Shown here: in pieces, positions 47,615 to 58,100 of the stretch
Numbering within the stretch: position 1 is the first letter of the stretch
Layout of the letters: every line of letters starts with the position of its first letter
Origin: Candidatus Altimarinota bacterium
GTDB lineage: Bacteria; Patescibacteriota; Gracilibacteria; UBA1369
DNA length: 64,000 nucleotides
Direction: 5' to 3'
Assembly: GCA_963677745.1 (NCBI GenBank)
Contig: OY782391.1
Coordinates: 768,001-832,000, forward strand
Notes under the pieces: model-generated
Seen by the model: the letters and a program-made list of their open reading frames with translations, nothing else
The model's database searches: none
What the model was told of the DNA's origin: nothing
Position numbers and translations under genes: made by a program

Positions 47615-48394
47615 ATGACACCAGAAAAAGCAGCCGCGGAACAGTATCCGGATCCGGCCGGAGAATTGGAAGCCGAACAGGCCGACCGCCCGGCCAATGA
47701 TAATGCCGAAGTTGCTGCCAATGACAATGCGGAAAAACCAAAAAACAACACCGAAGCGGCAGCAGACCTTGTAAACAGCGATAAGGGCAAAGCCGCCCTG
47801 GATAAAATAAAAAAATGGGCCGAAGATCCTAAATCCGTTGAAGGTATCGGCAAATCCCTCAGCTGGCTGGACACCAGTGCTCCCATGAGGTCTTTCCGCG
47901 CCTGGTGGAACAGACGAAGCCGCCTGGCCCAATGGGCTATCATGTACGGCAGTACCGCCGCGGTTACCCCGACCCTGCTCGTACAAAACAGCGGAATCAT
48001 CCAGACCATGATAAAATTTGGCTTTATTACCTACAAGGGACATGTCAGCGAAAGCGGAGAGCCTCTGGAAGATGCCAAAAAGATGGAAGATGAAATCGAC
48101 CGGATGGGAGGTATGAGCGATTTCCTGGTCAAATATGGAGTCAAAGTCGGCAAGTATGTCTACCCGGAATTGGAAGCCGTCGAGCCATTTATTGAACCTC
48201 TGATGTCGGCCAAAGGCAGCGCCAACAAAGGTCTGCGCAACCTGCGTGCCAACATCCGCCGCCGCCGGGGCAAATTTGAACGCGAAAATTTAAAACCCGC
48301 TGATGTCGCCAATGACACCGAAGCGGCAGTTGATGATACGATCCGGCACCCGGCCATTACCGAAAGAGCCCCGGAGGAAGACCTGGCAGCCTAA
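47615..48394 (+). CDS. Hypothetical protein, first gene of the orphan cluster
   Basis: 259 aa with an acidic N-terminus containing ANDN repeats. Confidence 0.7.
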   Translation: MTPEKAAAEQYPDPAGELEAEQADRPANDNAEVAANDNAEKPKNNTEAAADLVNSDKGKAALDKIKKWAEDPKSVEGIGKSLSWLDTSAPMRSFRAWWNRRSRLAQWAIMYGSTAAVTPTLLVQNSGIIQTMIKFGFITYKGHVSESGEPLEDAKKMEDEIDRMGGMSDFLVKYGVKVGKYVYPELEAVEPFIEPLMSAKGSANKGLRNLRANIRRRRGKFERENLKPADVANDTEAAVDDTIRHPAITERAPEEDLAA

Positions 48395-48404
48395 TTTAAA
48401 ATTC

Positions 48405-48911
48405 TTGACCAACAACACACTCCAAAATCAGTCGCTGCAGTCTCTTCTGGAAATTTCCAGAAGCGTCAGACTTCTTTTGCCCGCTTACCGCCAGGTTCTG
48501 AACGAATTGGCGGCGGGTGACAATCTGGCCATGCAGAAGGCTGTCTTGATGATCCTTAAAAGGGAAAAACCCGCCGATCTGCAAAGCGTTTATTTTACCG
48601 AGGAAGTGTTGAGGAATTTTGTGGAGAAAAATCTCCAAATATCACAAACGCCTGGCTTGCTGCAGGAGTACCGGGATTACGCCCGCCAGCTGATCAACAA
48701 TTTTTTGTTTTTCAATGAAAAAGAAAAAGCCGAAATCCTCCCCTATCTTGACACTCTGGATTTGGCGGGGCTGAAAAAACTGATTGAACTTTACCGGCTG
48801 GGTCATCACAAACAGGCCCAGTATTTACAGACTTTCGCTGAAAAAGATCCCAAAACAGCAGTGAAGTTCAGCGTCATTTTGCATCAAAACACCAAAACAA
48901 CGAAAGAATAA
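48405..48911 (+). CDS. Small helical hypothetical protein
   Basis: ORF between the 259 aa and 1960 aa genes. Start uncertain; TTG at 48405 avoids overlap. Confidence 0.6.
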   Translation: MTNNTLQNQSLQSLLEISRSVRLLLPAYRQVLNELAAGDNLAMQKAVLMILKREKPADLQSVYFTEEVLRNFVEKNLQISQTPGLLQEYRDYARQLINNFLFFNEKEKAEILPYLDTLDLAGLKKLIELYRLGHHKQAQYLQTFAEKDPKTAVKFSVILHQNTKTTKE

Positions 48912-48925
48912 CAAATATTTTCCCG

Positions 48926-51900
48926 ATGGCACCAGGCGACCAACAACAACAGCAACCGCAATTGCCGGATCCGAATTCTCCGGAGGCCCGCGAACGTGCC
49001 CAGAAAGAAGGTGCGGCAGAAAAAAAAGAAGACCTGCGCGCCGAGACATTGAGCTCTCTGCAGGCCAACGCCAAAACCGAGGTGACCAAATCGGCGGCCG
49101 AGCTGGCTTCTTCCGGCCAGAAAGACGTGGAAGGACCGGTGATCAGTCATCTGCAGACCTATTTTCAGGGAAACATTGATCGCTTTGATGCCGACAAGGA
49201 CGGCCGTATCAGCAGACCGGAAGCCGACGCTTTCAGGGACAAAATGATGGCCAAGACCCGGGAGCTTTTGGGCGGTTTGAAAAAAGGGGCCGAAGAGCAG
49301 AAAAAAACGGCGGAAGCTGTTTCCAAAGTCGAAGCATTGAGTGCCAAAGAAGTTTCCGACAACCTCAATTCGGTAAAAGATTTGCCCGAAAACGCGGGCT
49401 ATCAGGAATCAATGCAGCAGCTTCAGGCTATCCAGATGCAGAATACCGCTTTCCAGCAAAGCGTCGGGGAACAAATTTCCTCGATCCGGGAATTTGGCGC
49501 AAGTTACCAGAAATTTCAGGAACAGCAGTCCGGCTGGCATGCCTGGGGACAGGTTTGGGATGCGGTTTTCAATAGTTCCAAACGGGACCAGTGGATAGCC
49601 GAAATGAATGGCAAACTGGAAAGCACCAAAGCCGCCGCCAACCAGGCTTTATCCCAGCTGGAGGCAAAAAATAAAATTCTGACCGCCAACGGCCAAAAAA
49701 TTCAGAAGGCCATTGCCGCCGAGCGTGCCAAAGCCATTGAAACCCGTGACCGGCAGGCCGCCGAAATTGAGGCCCAGAAAGGAAAAATGGGCAAAGAAGT
49801 GGATGAAAAAAAGGCCAAATACGGTGAACTGGAAAAAGCCAAACAGGGAATGGAAGGCCGCAAAAAAGAAATAATTGAAAAACAGGCCAAAAACGCCGAC
49901 CTGAAAAAAGCCTGGCAGGGTACCAAAGAAGAGGAAAATCTGAATCTCAAACAGCAGGAATACCAGTCCTCCCGAGGAGAAATCGAGGAGCAGGTCAAGG
50001 CCTATGAACTTATTTTAAATGATCCCAATGTACCCAAGGAGGCCAAGGACCAGATCCAGCCGGAATATCAAAAAGCTCTTAAAAATCAGAAAGACGTCAA
50101 TACAGGACTGCAGGTTATTGATTTGAAACAAAAACGCGGCCAGCAGGTCGACGTGCAGATGGATCAGGGCCAGCAGGCAGCCGCCAAAGAACTGGAAACG
50201 GCCGAAGGTCATCTCCGCAGACAGGGTGAAACGCTGACCTCACTCGGAACAAATATCCAGAGAATGGAGGAACTGCAACTCCAGTACGCCACGGAGTCGG
50301 AGCAGGTAAACACATACTATAACGGCAAGGTTACCGAACTTGATAAATTGAGCGAAGACATCTCCGGCTATGTGCTGGACAGCGCCATGGGGCGCAATCA
50401 GGCTATCGGCGTTCTCCGCACCGCCACCGAAAGTATCAACAACCTGAAGGTGGAAGTAAACAGTGCCTGGAACCCCCTCAATCTGGTTCAGGGAACTTTC
50501 TCCGGAGTTGCCGGCTGGTTTTCGGATTTCGGCAAATGGATAGATGGAGGAATGCACAATGCCGCGCAGGAATCTTCCGGTGTGACACATGTCCTGGTTC
50601 AGGTCGGGCAGTTCTTTACCGGAATAGTCAGCGGAGCCAGTGAAATGGTCGGAGGTCTTTTTACCATGGTAGCCCACCCTCTCGACACACTCAAAGGGCT
50701 TGGCACATTGGTTGGAATAGATGCCAACGAAGGCACCTGGACGGTCAAAACACTTGGTGAAGGATGGAAAAATCTTTTTAAAACTTTATTTGCCTTTGAG
50801 GATTTTGAAAAAGGAGATGTCGGTACCGGACTCGGAAAAATCGGGATAAACGTTGCTTCGATGTTTATCGGCGTCGGTGAAGTTGGCGGGGCTGCCAAAG
50901 TTGGGGCGGCCGCAGCCAAAGTCGGTTCCGTCGCCGCTGCCAAGACCGCGGCTGCGGCCGCCAGGATCGCCGCCATCGATGCCGCCAAGGCGGCCGCCCT
51001 GGCCGGCGGCAAAGTGGCCGCTGGAACAGCCGTCAAGGTTGGCCGATTCACAGGGGTTGGCGCGGCCACCTGGGCTTTTGCCAAAACTCTGGTCACCGAA
51101 ATGAAACCGCAGTTCGCCGTCAGAGCCGGAGAAGATGCAGCAGTGGCCGCCAGACTGGGCGAAAACGCCACCTGGGCAGCCACCAAAAGTGTTGCCTCCT
51201 CTGCCTGGAGCGGGGTTAAAGCTATCCCCTCGGCTACCAAAAACTTTGTAGTCGACACCTTGCCCAAAGCAGCCAAAAGCGCCGTGAAATCGAGTGCCAA
51301 AATGGCCGGCGACCTGGTGATGTTTCCACCCAAAGTTCTCTACAATACCGGAAAAACTATTTACAAACTGGCCCGCGACGGATTCCGTCCGGGAACCTCT
51401 GAAGCTGTCCAGAAGGCCGCTCGCGTTTCCAAGGCCACCAGGGCTCTGGAAGAAGCCACTGAAAACGGCCGTTATGTGGAAGCCCGTCAGAGAATAGACG
51501 AGGTGATTTCCAAAGACACCGCTAAAGGCGGTCTGGCCGAAAGGGCCGCTGCCATTGATCAGCAAATAGCCAAAACACCTCAAATCAATTTATCCGAGCA
51601 CAGCCGGCTGGCCATGGAAAGAGCCTCAGTGGAAGCCGAAGCGGCCTCCCGATTGGCTTCCACGGCCGAAGGTGCGGCCCTGGCCGATAGCTATGTCAAA
51701 GTCAGACAGGGCAGCGAAGTCCTTCAAAAAGAAATGGATGATCTGGCGGCAGCCGCAGGCAAAGAAGCCGAAGCGGTTACTTCCAACCAGCGTTATAAAG
51801 TTGATTTTGAAGAGCATGAAGCCTTGAGGACACAAAGAAATTCAGCCCAACATGAATTGGACAGATTGAAAAAAGATCCCGCCTCCGATCCTGCTTTGCT

Positions 51901-54808
51901 GCAGCAGGCAGAACAAAAACTGCAACAGGCGCAGCAGCAATTACAGGCTTTCCCTCCGGAACGGACTTCCAATGCCAGACAGTATCGAGCCGCCCGCGAA
52001 CAGATCGACCAGATTGCCGAAATTCAGAAACAGCGGGCCGCCCTCAATGACCAATACCTTGCCAGTCCCCATCAGAGCCCCGATATCGCCCGTCTGGACA
52101 GCGATATTTTGGAGGCCCGGCGCGCCACCGCCACCGATTCAAGAATTGGTACCTCCTATAGTAACACTCCCAAATTCGCCGAGGAATTTGTTAAGAAATA
52201 TGAACAGGCCTTGGCGGCGGGTGACGATCTGGCCAGACAGCAGTTGATTCGCGATTCGCTGGGCGGTGTACACCATGGAGGACCGCTGGAGGAAGTATTG
52301 GAAGGGTTGAAGCTGAAGAGTGAACGCAAGATTCCCCGTGAACCGGAAATGCCGGCAGAATTTCTGGCGCAGCGCGACAAGGTGATGAACATGATGGAGC
52401 ATAATCTGGGCACCGGCAGAGAACTGGAGGTATTGGATAGGCTGAAAAAGACTCCCCAATACGCCAATGCTGCCCAGTATTTGGACTGGATGCAGGATGT
52501 TTATCTTAGGCCGGGTATCTCCCCCGCCGACGCCCGCAGCATCATCCGCACCGATGCCGCCACCTTCAGAAAAGCACTTTTGGATAACCACAAAACCAGT
52601 ATTGCCAAAGTCGACCAGTACCGCCAGCTTCTGGCAGAGGGCGATCGCGCCAGGATTGAACAGTTTACTAAAGAATGTCCTGAAAGCTGGGGCAAGGCTC
52701 TGGAGCAGATACGCGAAAGAAACACCTTTATCAACAGAAACAAAGAATTGGCGCATCAAATGTCCGCCCAAAAAATCAAAGCGGAACTGCCGCAGGTTAT
52801 CACCGACAGTCTCACTACCCGTGAGGCTGCCGATGCCGTTGCCAAACGTTACTCCCGGGAAACTTCACCCACCACGGGTACCGGCCGTCTGGAAATGGAA
52901 ACCAGAACTTTGCAACAGGGGCAGTGCAAGGTAGTACTGATGCCTGATGGTGAGGTAAGGATTTTCAATGCTCAAAACGAGCTGATTCCAACCGGCAAAG
53001 AAGCCGCCAAACTGCAGAAGAATCTCAAAATCAAAAAGACCACCAAAGCGGAGGAACTGGCCGACAATCTCTACGGCAAAAAAGTCGACCGCCCGGCTTC
53101 CCTTCCCGGCGGCGATCCGGTCTTTATTGCCGACGATCTGGTACTGGAAAACGGCCAGAAATATTCGCTCAAACTGAGCGCCGACAACGAACTGCAATTA
53201 TTTGATTCTACAGGGACACAGGTGCGCGGACCAAAAGCTCAGGCCGCTCCGGCCCCTGCACCCACCGCCGCACCCACCGCGGCTCCCGCAGCAGTTCCCT
53301 CCTCCCCCCTGGTCAAACAATACGAACAAACCCGGGCGACTATTCAGAGTCATGTGGAAAACGACCCGCGGCTCAAAGCAATCAGTGAAAAAAGTGATGC
53401 GGGCGCGCGATTGGCCGAGGCCCATGCCGAGGTCAAAATCAATCTCGACCGTAACGAAAGGGTTTACGAAAAATTATTGGAGAGGGAAAAAGCGGCTGCC
53501 GAGAAACTTCAAAAAACTCCCAACACCGCTGCCCGCGAATTCAAAGCCGCACAGGATGAATTGCAGAAAGCCGCTGACGCCCGCGTCGAATTCGAAAAGA
53601 AACTTTCCACCGAGCGTCAATTTGCTCAGGAACTTGATCAACACCTCCAGACTATCGAAAGCAATCCGCAGGGGCTGGGCGCCGCCGAAATCGAGAAATT
53701 CCACAAGGACCGCTTCAACACCTCTCTCCGGCGGCGCCTGGAGAGCCAGTCCGCCGACGATGTGGCGGAAATGCTGGCCCGTGAAAAACCGCTCGCCGTA
53801 GCGGGACAAAAAGGTTCGCTGGAATTGGGCGAACTGAAATTGAAAGACAAACAAACTTATAAAGTCCGCCTCACGGAAGAGGGCCAATATGAATTAATAA
53901 ATGAAAGCGGGGTTCTGCATACGGCTCCTTCTGCGGCGGCCGTCCCGGCCGCCGCCCCTGCGGGTGGCCGCCTGAACCGGGCTTATGAAAGAGTCAAAGG
54001 AGCCAGAGAGGCCGCCGTTCAAAAAATTGAACAGGCCAAGAAAGCTTTCAGAAACAATCCCGACCGGATTATTGAAATGGAAAAACGCAAAATGCAGCTG
54101 GAGAAAGATCTGGAATCGGCCCAAAAAACCGATCCGAATTCCCCTGCCGCCAGGAGTTATCAGCAGCAGCTTGATGACTTGACCCTGGAGCAGGAAGCTC
54201 TCCTGAAAGAACTGGGAACAGCCAGAGAGGGCATCTGGGGAGCTCGATACGACCGCATGGCCAACCGTTTCAAACAGAACGGCCTGGGTGCCGCCAAAAA
54301 AATTGTCGACGGTTACACGGGAGTACAAAACCGTCTGGAAAAAATGTCCGGCCGGCTGGCTTCTGCTTCCCGGACAGTCTGGGATATCGCCAAGGCTCCT
54401 TTCGAAGGGCTCCGCAATGCATATAACGGCCAGTGGACCATTGCCCGTTCCCCTGCCAATTTGTTTAAAATCACGTTGGCCGCACAGGTCGGCAAACAGG
54501 TGGCCGAACAGTTGGAAAAGGTCCATGAAGTTGCCGGGGATCAACCCGACATAGCTGCTGATTTGCAACAGCTGGCTCAGGAACAATATGAGATCCTGCA
54601 TGGACTGACCGAAGGTGAAGATCCTTCCATTATCGGACTTCCGGCTCCCGATCAATTCACCGCACTTTCGGCGAAAGATAAAATTGCCGTCTTAAATTCC
54701 GCCTATTCACAATTACGGGGAATAGATTCCCTAACGTCCGGCGCCACGGCTGCCCCTTCACCAGCTCCGGCTGCGGGGAGTGACCGTCAACCCGGGCCAG
54801 CCAAATAA
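48926..54808 (+). CDS. Giant 1960-aa protein: EF-hand-like motif, coiled coil, Gly-rich hydrophobic pre-toxin-like region, Ala-rich tract, three beta-type repeats
   Basis: DADKDGRIS motif, long heptad region, GLFTMVAHPLDTLKGLG...GLGKIGINVASMFIGVG, and repeated L.L..G..Y.V.L..DG...I.N..G modules. Confidence 0.85.
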   Translation: MAPGDQQQQQPQLPDPNSPEARERAQKEGAAEKKEDLRAETLSSLQANAKTEVTKSAAELASSGQKDVEGPVISHLQTYFQGNIDRFDADKDGRISRPEADAFRDKMMAKTRELLGGLKKGAEEQKKTAEAVSKVEALSAKEVSDNLNSVKDLPENAGYQESMQQLQAIQMQNTAFQQSVGEQISSIREFGASYQKFQEQQSGWHAWGQVWDAVFNSSKRDQWIAEMNGKLESTKAAANQALSQLEAKNKILTANGQKIQKAIAAERAKAIETRDRQAAEIEAQKGKMGKEVDEKKAKYGELEKAKQGMEGRKKEIIEKQAKNADLKKAWQGTKEEENLNLKQQEYQSSRGEIEEQVKAYELILNDPNVPKEAKDQIQPEYQKALKNQKDVNTGLQVIDLKQKRGQQVDVQMDQGQQAAAKELETAEGHLRRQGETLTSLGTNIQRMEELQLQYATESEQVNTYYNGKVTELDKLSEDISGYVLDSAMGRNQAIGVLRTATESINNLKVEVNSAWNPLNLVQGTFSGVAGWFSDFGKWIDGGMHNAAQESSGVTHVLVQVGQFFTGIVSGASEMVGGLFTMVAHPLDTLKGLGTLVGIDANEGTWTVKTLGEGWKNLFKTLFAFEDFEKGDVGTGLGKIGINVASMFIGVGEVGGAAKVGAAAAKVGSVAAAKTAAAAARIAAIDAAKAAALAGGKVAAGTAVKVGRFTGVGAATWAFAKTLVTEMKPQFAVRAGEDAAVAARLGENATWAATKSVASSAWSGVKAIPSATKNFVVDTLPKAAKSAVKSSAKMAGDLVMFPPKVLYNTGKTIYKLARDGFRPGTSEAVQKAARVSKATRALEEATENGRYVEARQRIDEVISKDTAKGGLAERAAAIDQQIAKTPQINLSEHSRLAMERASVEAEAASRLASTAEGAALADSYVKVRQGSEVLQKEMDDLAAAAGKEAEAVTSNQRYKVDFEEHEALRTQRNSAQHELDRLKKDPASDPALLQQAEQKLQQAQQQLQAFPPERTSNARQYRAAREQIDQIAEIQKQRAALNDQYLASPHQSPDIARLDSDILEARRATATDSRIGTSYSNTPKFAEEFVKKYEQALAAGDDLARQQLIRDSLGGVHHGGPLEEVLEGLKLKSERKIPREPEMPAEFLAQRDKVMNMMEHNLGTGRELEVLDRLKKTPQYANAAQYLDWMQDVYLRPGISPADARSIIRTDAATFRKALLDNHKTSIAKVDQYRQLLAEGDRARIEQFTKECPESWGKALEQIRERNTFINRNKELAHQMSAQKIKAELPQVITDSLTTREAADAVAKRYSRETSPTTGTGRLEMETRTLQQGQCKVVLMPDGEVRIFNAQNELIPTGKEAAKLQKNLKIKKTTKAEELADNLYGKKVDRPASLPGGDPVFIADDLVLENGQKYSLKLSADNELQLFDSTGTQVRGPKAQAAPAPAPTAAPTAAPAAVPSSPLVKQYEQTRATIQSHVENDPRLKAISEKSDAGARLAEAHAEVKINLDRNERVYEKLLEREKAAAEKLQKTPNTAAREFKAAQDELQKAADARVEFEKKLSTERQFAQELDQHLQTIESNPQGLGAAEIEKFHKDRFNTSLRRRLESQSADDVAEMLAREKPLAVAGQKGSLELGELKLKDKQTYKVRLTEEGQYELINESGVLHTAPSAAAVPAAAPAGGRLNRAYERVKGAREAAVQKIEQAKKAFRNNPDRIIEMEKRKMQLEKDLESAQKTDPNSPAARSYQQQLDDLTLEQEALLKELGTAREGIWGARYDRMANRFKQNGLGAAKKIVDGYTGVQNRLEKMSGRLASASRTVWDIAKAPFEGLRNAYNGQWTIARSPANLFKITLAAQVGKQVAEQLEKVHEVAGDQPDIAADLQQLAQEQYEILHGLTEGEDPSIIGLPAPDQFTALSAKDKIAVLNSAYSQLRGIDSLTSGATAAPSPAPAAGSDRQPGPAK

Positions 54809-54816
54809 TTTAAAAA

Positions 54817-55134
54817 ATGAACGAACCAAAATTTACAATTGAAAATCTCCGCAGTCTGATGGCCACTTCACCGGCCTATCAGGGACTGCCGCAGGAACAG
54901 AAGGACAATATCGAAACCTATATCAGACAAAACAATAAAAGGGTTTTGCTCTACGTATACCAACAGCTGCGGGAGGAAGCAGGAGCTCATCAGATCGCCC
55001 GTGAGAGTCTGGCCAAAAAAATTCTGACAGTGAAACCCGCCGATCTGACATCAGTCCGGGAGGACATCAAAACGGATTTCTCCGACTCCCGAAAAACGCA
55101 GTCATCCAGCCCAAAAACTTTAAATGACCTCTAA
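54817..55134 (+). CDS. Small helical hypothetical protein
   Basis: 105 aa starting 8 nt after the giant gene. Confidence 0.65.
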   Translation: MNEPKFTIENLRSLMATSPAYQGLPQEQKDNIETYIRQNNKRVLLYVYQQLREEAGAHQIARESLAKKILTVKPADLTSVREDIKTDFSDSRKTQSSSPKTLNDL

Positions 55135-55168
55135 AACTTGCTATAATATATAGATTAACTATCCGACA

Positions 55169-58100
55169 ATGTTCATTCGCCATCAAAATCAGAATTCCCC
55201 GCTGCAGCCGAACCGACTGGTTTTTCAGAACTATGACATGCCCAGGGCTTCCACGGACAAACTGGATAGTCAGGAATTTGAGAATAAGAAACAGGAAATT
55301 TACCAAAAAAAACTTGACGGATTAAACGTCAAAATCGCCGATCTGGAAAAAGCCGGCAAAGACACCCAGCAAATCAAGGATGAACTGAAAAAAGAAAAAG
55401 AGCAGCTGATCATTGAGAGTATCAATCAGGCCCTGATTGACCTGAAAATCGAGACTCTGGACGATCAGCGCAGACCGGTACAGGCTACCTATGATCTGAT
55501 GATGAAGGACTTTGATCCGCGTATTGCCAGACGCGCCTCAAATTATCGGGACGCCCTCGCGGTCAATTATGAAAAGGATGTTGATAAAGCAGTAGATGAT
55601 TATTTTGCCCAGAAAGGCGCCGCCACCAAGAAAACCCAGGTAGCCCTGGGGGCTCTGCCCGCGCCAACCGAACAGGTTGACCTGAAATCGGCCAATGATG
55701 AGACAGCCAAACTGCAGGAAGTTCTGTCCAAAAGTCAGGAAACCAAATCCAAAGCCGCCGAGGAAAGGGCTGCTCTTTCCCGTGAAGTTAAGCAGAACTA
55801 CCACACCCGCATGGAAATTGCCGACCGCTTGACTGCTCCCGAAGGCGGGATAGTCGACGATTATGACGATGGCTGGACCGGCCCCGAGACTGATTCTACC
55901 GCTTCCACGCGCATGCGCCTCAACGGTTATCTTTACGCCAGCGACATCTTTTATGGAGGCAGTGTCAGTGGAGAAGCAGCAGTCAACGAAGCCATCCAGG
56001 AAGCTGTTCCCCTGTACAAATCCAGTATGTGGGATCACATTTTCAAGAAAACGGATCTGGAAGACGGTCTGGGTTTGCGTTCCTACATCAATGAAGCCAC
56101 CCGTTTTGCCCCGGCCGCCAATAACCGCGTCATTGGAACGATTGCCGGTCTGCTCAAATTCACCGACCGCATTGCCATCGATTCCAAGGAATATCCTTTC
56201 AACAGAAAATACAAGGAATATCTGAACAGTCAGTTTAGTAAACTGAAGAGTTTCAGGGACGAGGAAAAACAAATGGAATTTCTCTATACAATCCGTTCTT
56301 TTCCCGAGTTTATCGGTTCCGATCTGGATTGGAAGGGCTCTTTCGCCCAGGTCCAGGAAAAAACCGATCCCAACCGCGTCGGCGATGATGTTATTGATGA
56401 TTATCGCGAAGCTTCGGAAGGAGACAAGGATAACAAAGATAATAAGGTTCGCAACACCCTCAACGGCTATCTCTATGCCGCCTACGTTTTTGGAGACAAA
56501 GATCAGGTGGCCATGGATAACGAATACAAACGTGCCTACAATATTTACAAACACGATGCCACTTTCGGCACAATTCTCAATTGGGATCATCTCACCAGAA
56601 AATCGCAGGGAACCGACGGCGACGAGGATGGTTTTGATCTGAAAAACTGGCTGGATGAAGCCGCTCCTTACTCCAAATTTGACGATGTCAGGGGATTCAT
56701 TGCCGGTGTCAAAAAAATTGCCTTTGATAAGCTCTCCGACCCTGCCTATACCCAGTACAACAATTATCTGATGGGTATTATCGAAACGCTCAATCCTTCC
56801 CAAAGCCGCGACGCCCAGATGATGACTTTGAGCAGAATCAAATCTCCCGATAAATTCAAGGAATACCAAACCTCCCAGGAACACGAGAATTTGGTTAATA
56901 TGTTGATCGAGGCAACCAGACAGCATAATCAGTTTACTCCGGCTCCCGGCACCAAAGAGATTCTGGCCCTGCCTATGGATCAGCAAAATTCAGACATTCT
57001 GAAAGCTGAGGCCGCCAAAAATAAAATCCAGATGAATTCATTCATCCTGGCCCATTCCGGCAAAGCCCGCAATGATCTGGACAGCAAATTCAAACTGCTC
57101 AAGGATCTCAATTCCAAGCTCCCCGAACCGCTTTATAACACGCAGGAATTGGATCCGCTGGACAAAAATATCCGCAATAATATCGACAGCTTTTTCAAGA
57201 CCGAAACTGTTGTCAAAGAACCTGATTTCTCGGGAGCCGTTTACAAAGGTTATCTGAAGGATCTGTCCGAAGCCGAAGGGGTGTACTACAGCCTGGCCGA
57301 AGAACTGGATGCCAAACTGAAAGAAGTGGACGACCAGTCCAAAGCTCCCCCAAAACCCAATGTCGTCCCTGTCCCCGTTCCCGGACCGGGCGAGACCGAG
57401 CCGAATCCGGAGGCCAAGGAAGAAGATGAGGTGTTATCCAATTGGAAAGAGGCTAAAAATGTTACTCCCGAACTGGGTGATTATGTCGGAGCTCTGATTG
57501 TCGACAGCAGCTCGGATACCGAAAAAGTGGCTGCACGCAATGCCAATGGAGGGGTAATCAAAGAACTGGATAATCGTACCGAAGTGACCAGGACGGAAGA
57601 AGACAAGAAAGTTCCGGGTAAAGAGGTTAAATATCAGGATGCCTCATTAACTTATATTCAGGTGCATCTGGACGGCAAAGCGATCTGGCTGCCGGAACAG
57701 CAGCTTTATAAAAAAGAAGAATACGAAATCCCCGCCGTTCCCGCCACGCCCGAAACTCCCAAAACACCCGAAACTCCCAAGACTCCGGAAAAAAACGCTG
57801 AAGTCCCCCGTTATTCCCCCAGTTATTTTGACGGCCTGTTTGACCGCCTGAAAAAAGAGGTGGCCACGACACCCGGCGGAATCCCCTTTGAATTGGGTTA
57901 TGACGGCATCAATGCCGGCTGCCGCGTTGAAAAGGTCGGCGGCGGTTTTAATCTGAATGTTAATCATGCCGAGGCCGGCTCCTTTGTACTCACTTTCAAA
58001 AGTCTGGACGAAATGCGGGATTATCTGGAGACCCTGCAATTGCGTCAATATATGGCCATAGCTTCCCTCAATAACCGTAAAAACTGGGAACGCCCGAGTT

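Noticed and set aside
48926-54808. Phage tape-measure protein or prophage
   Set aside because: No capsid, terminase, tail, portal or integrase genes are nearby, and the composition resembles native genes.
55538-56986. Long antisense ORFs (482 aa here; also 4501..5505, 28350..29378, 3025..3897)
   Set aside because: They are shadows of well-supported sense genes caused by codon bias and show no motifs.
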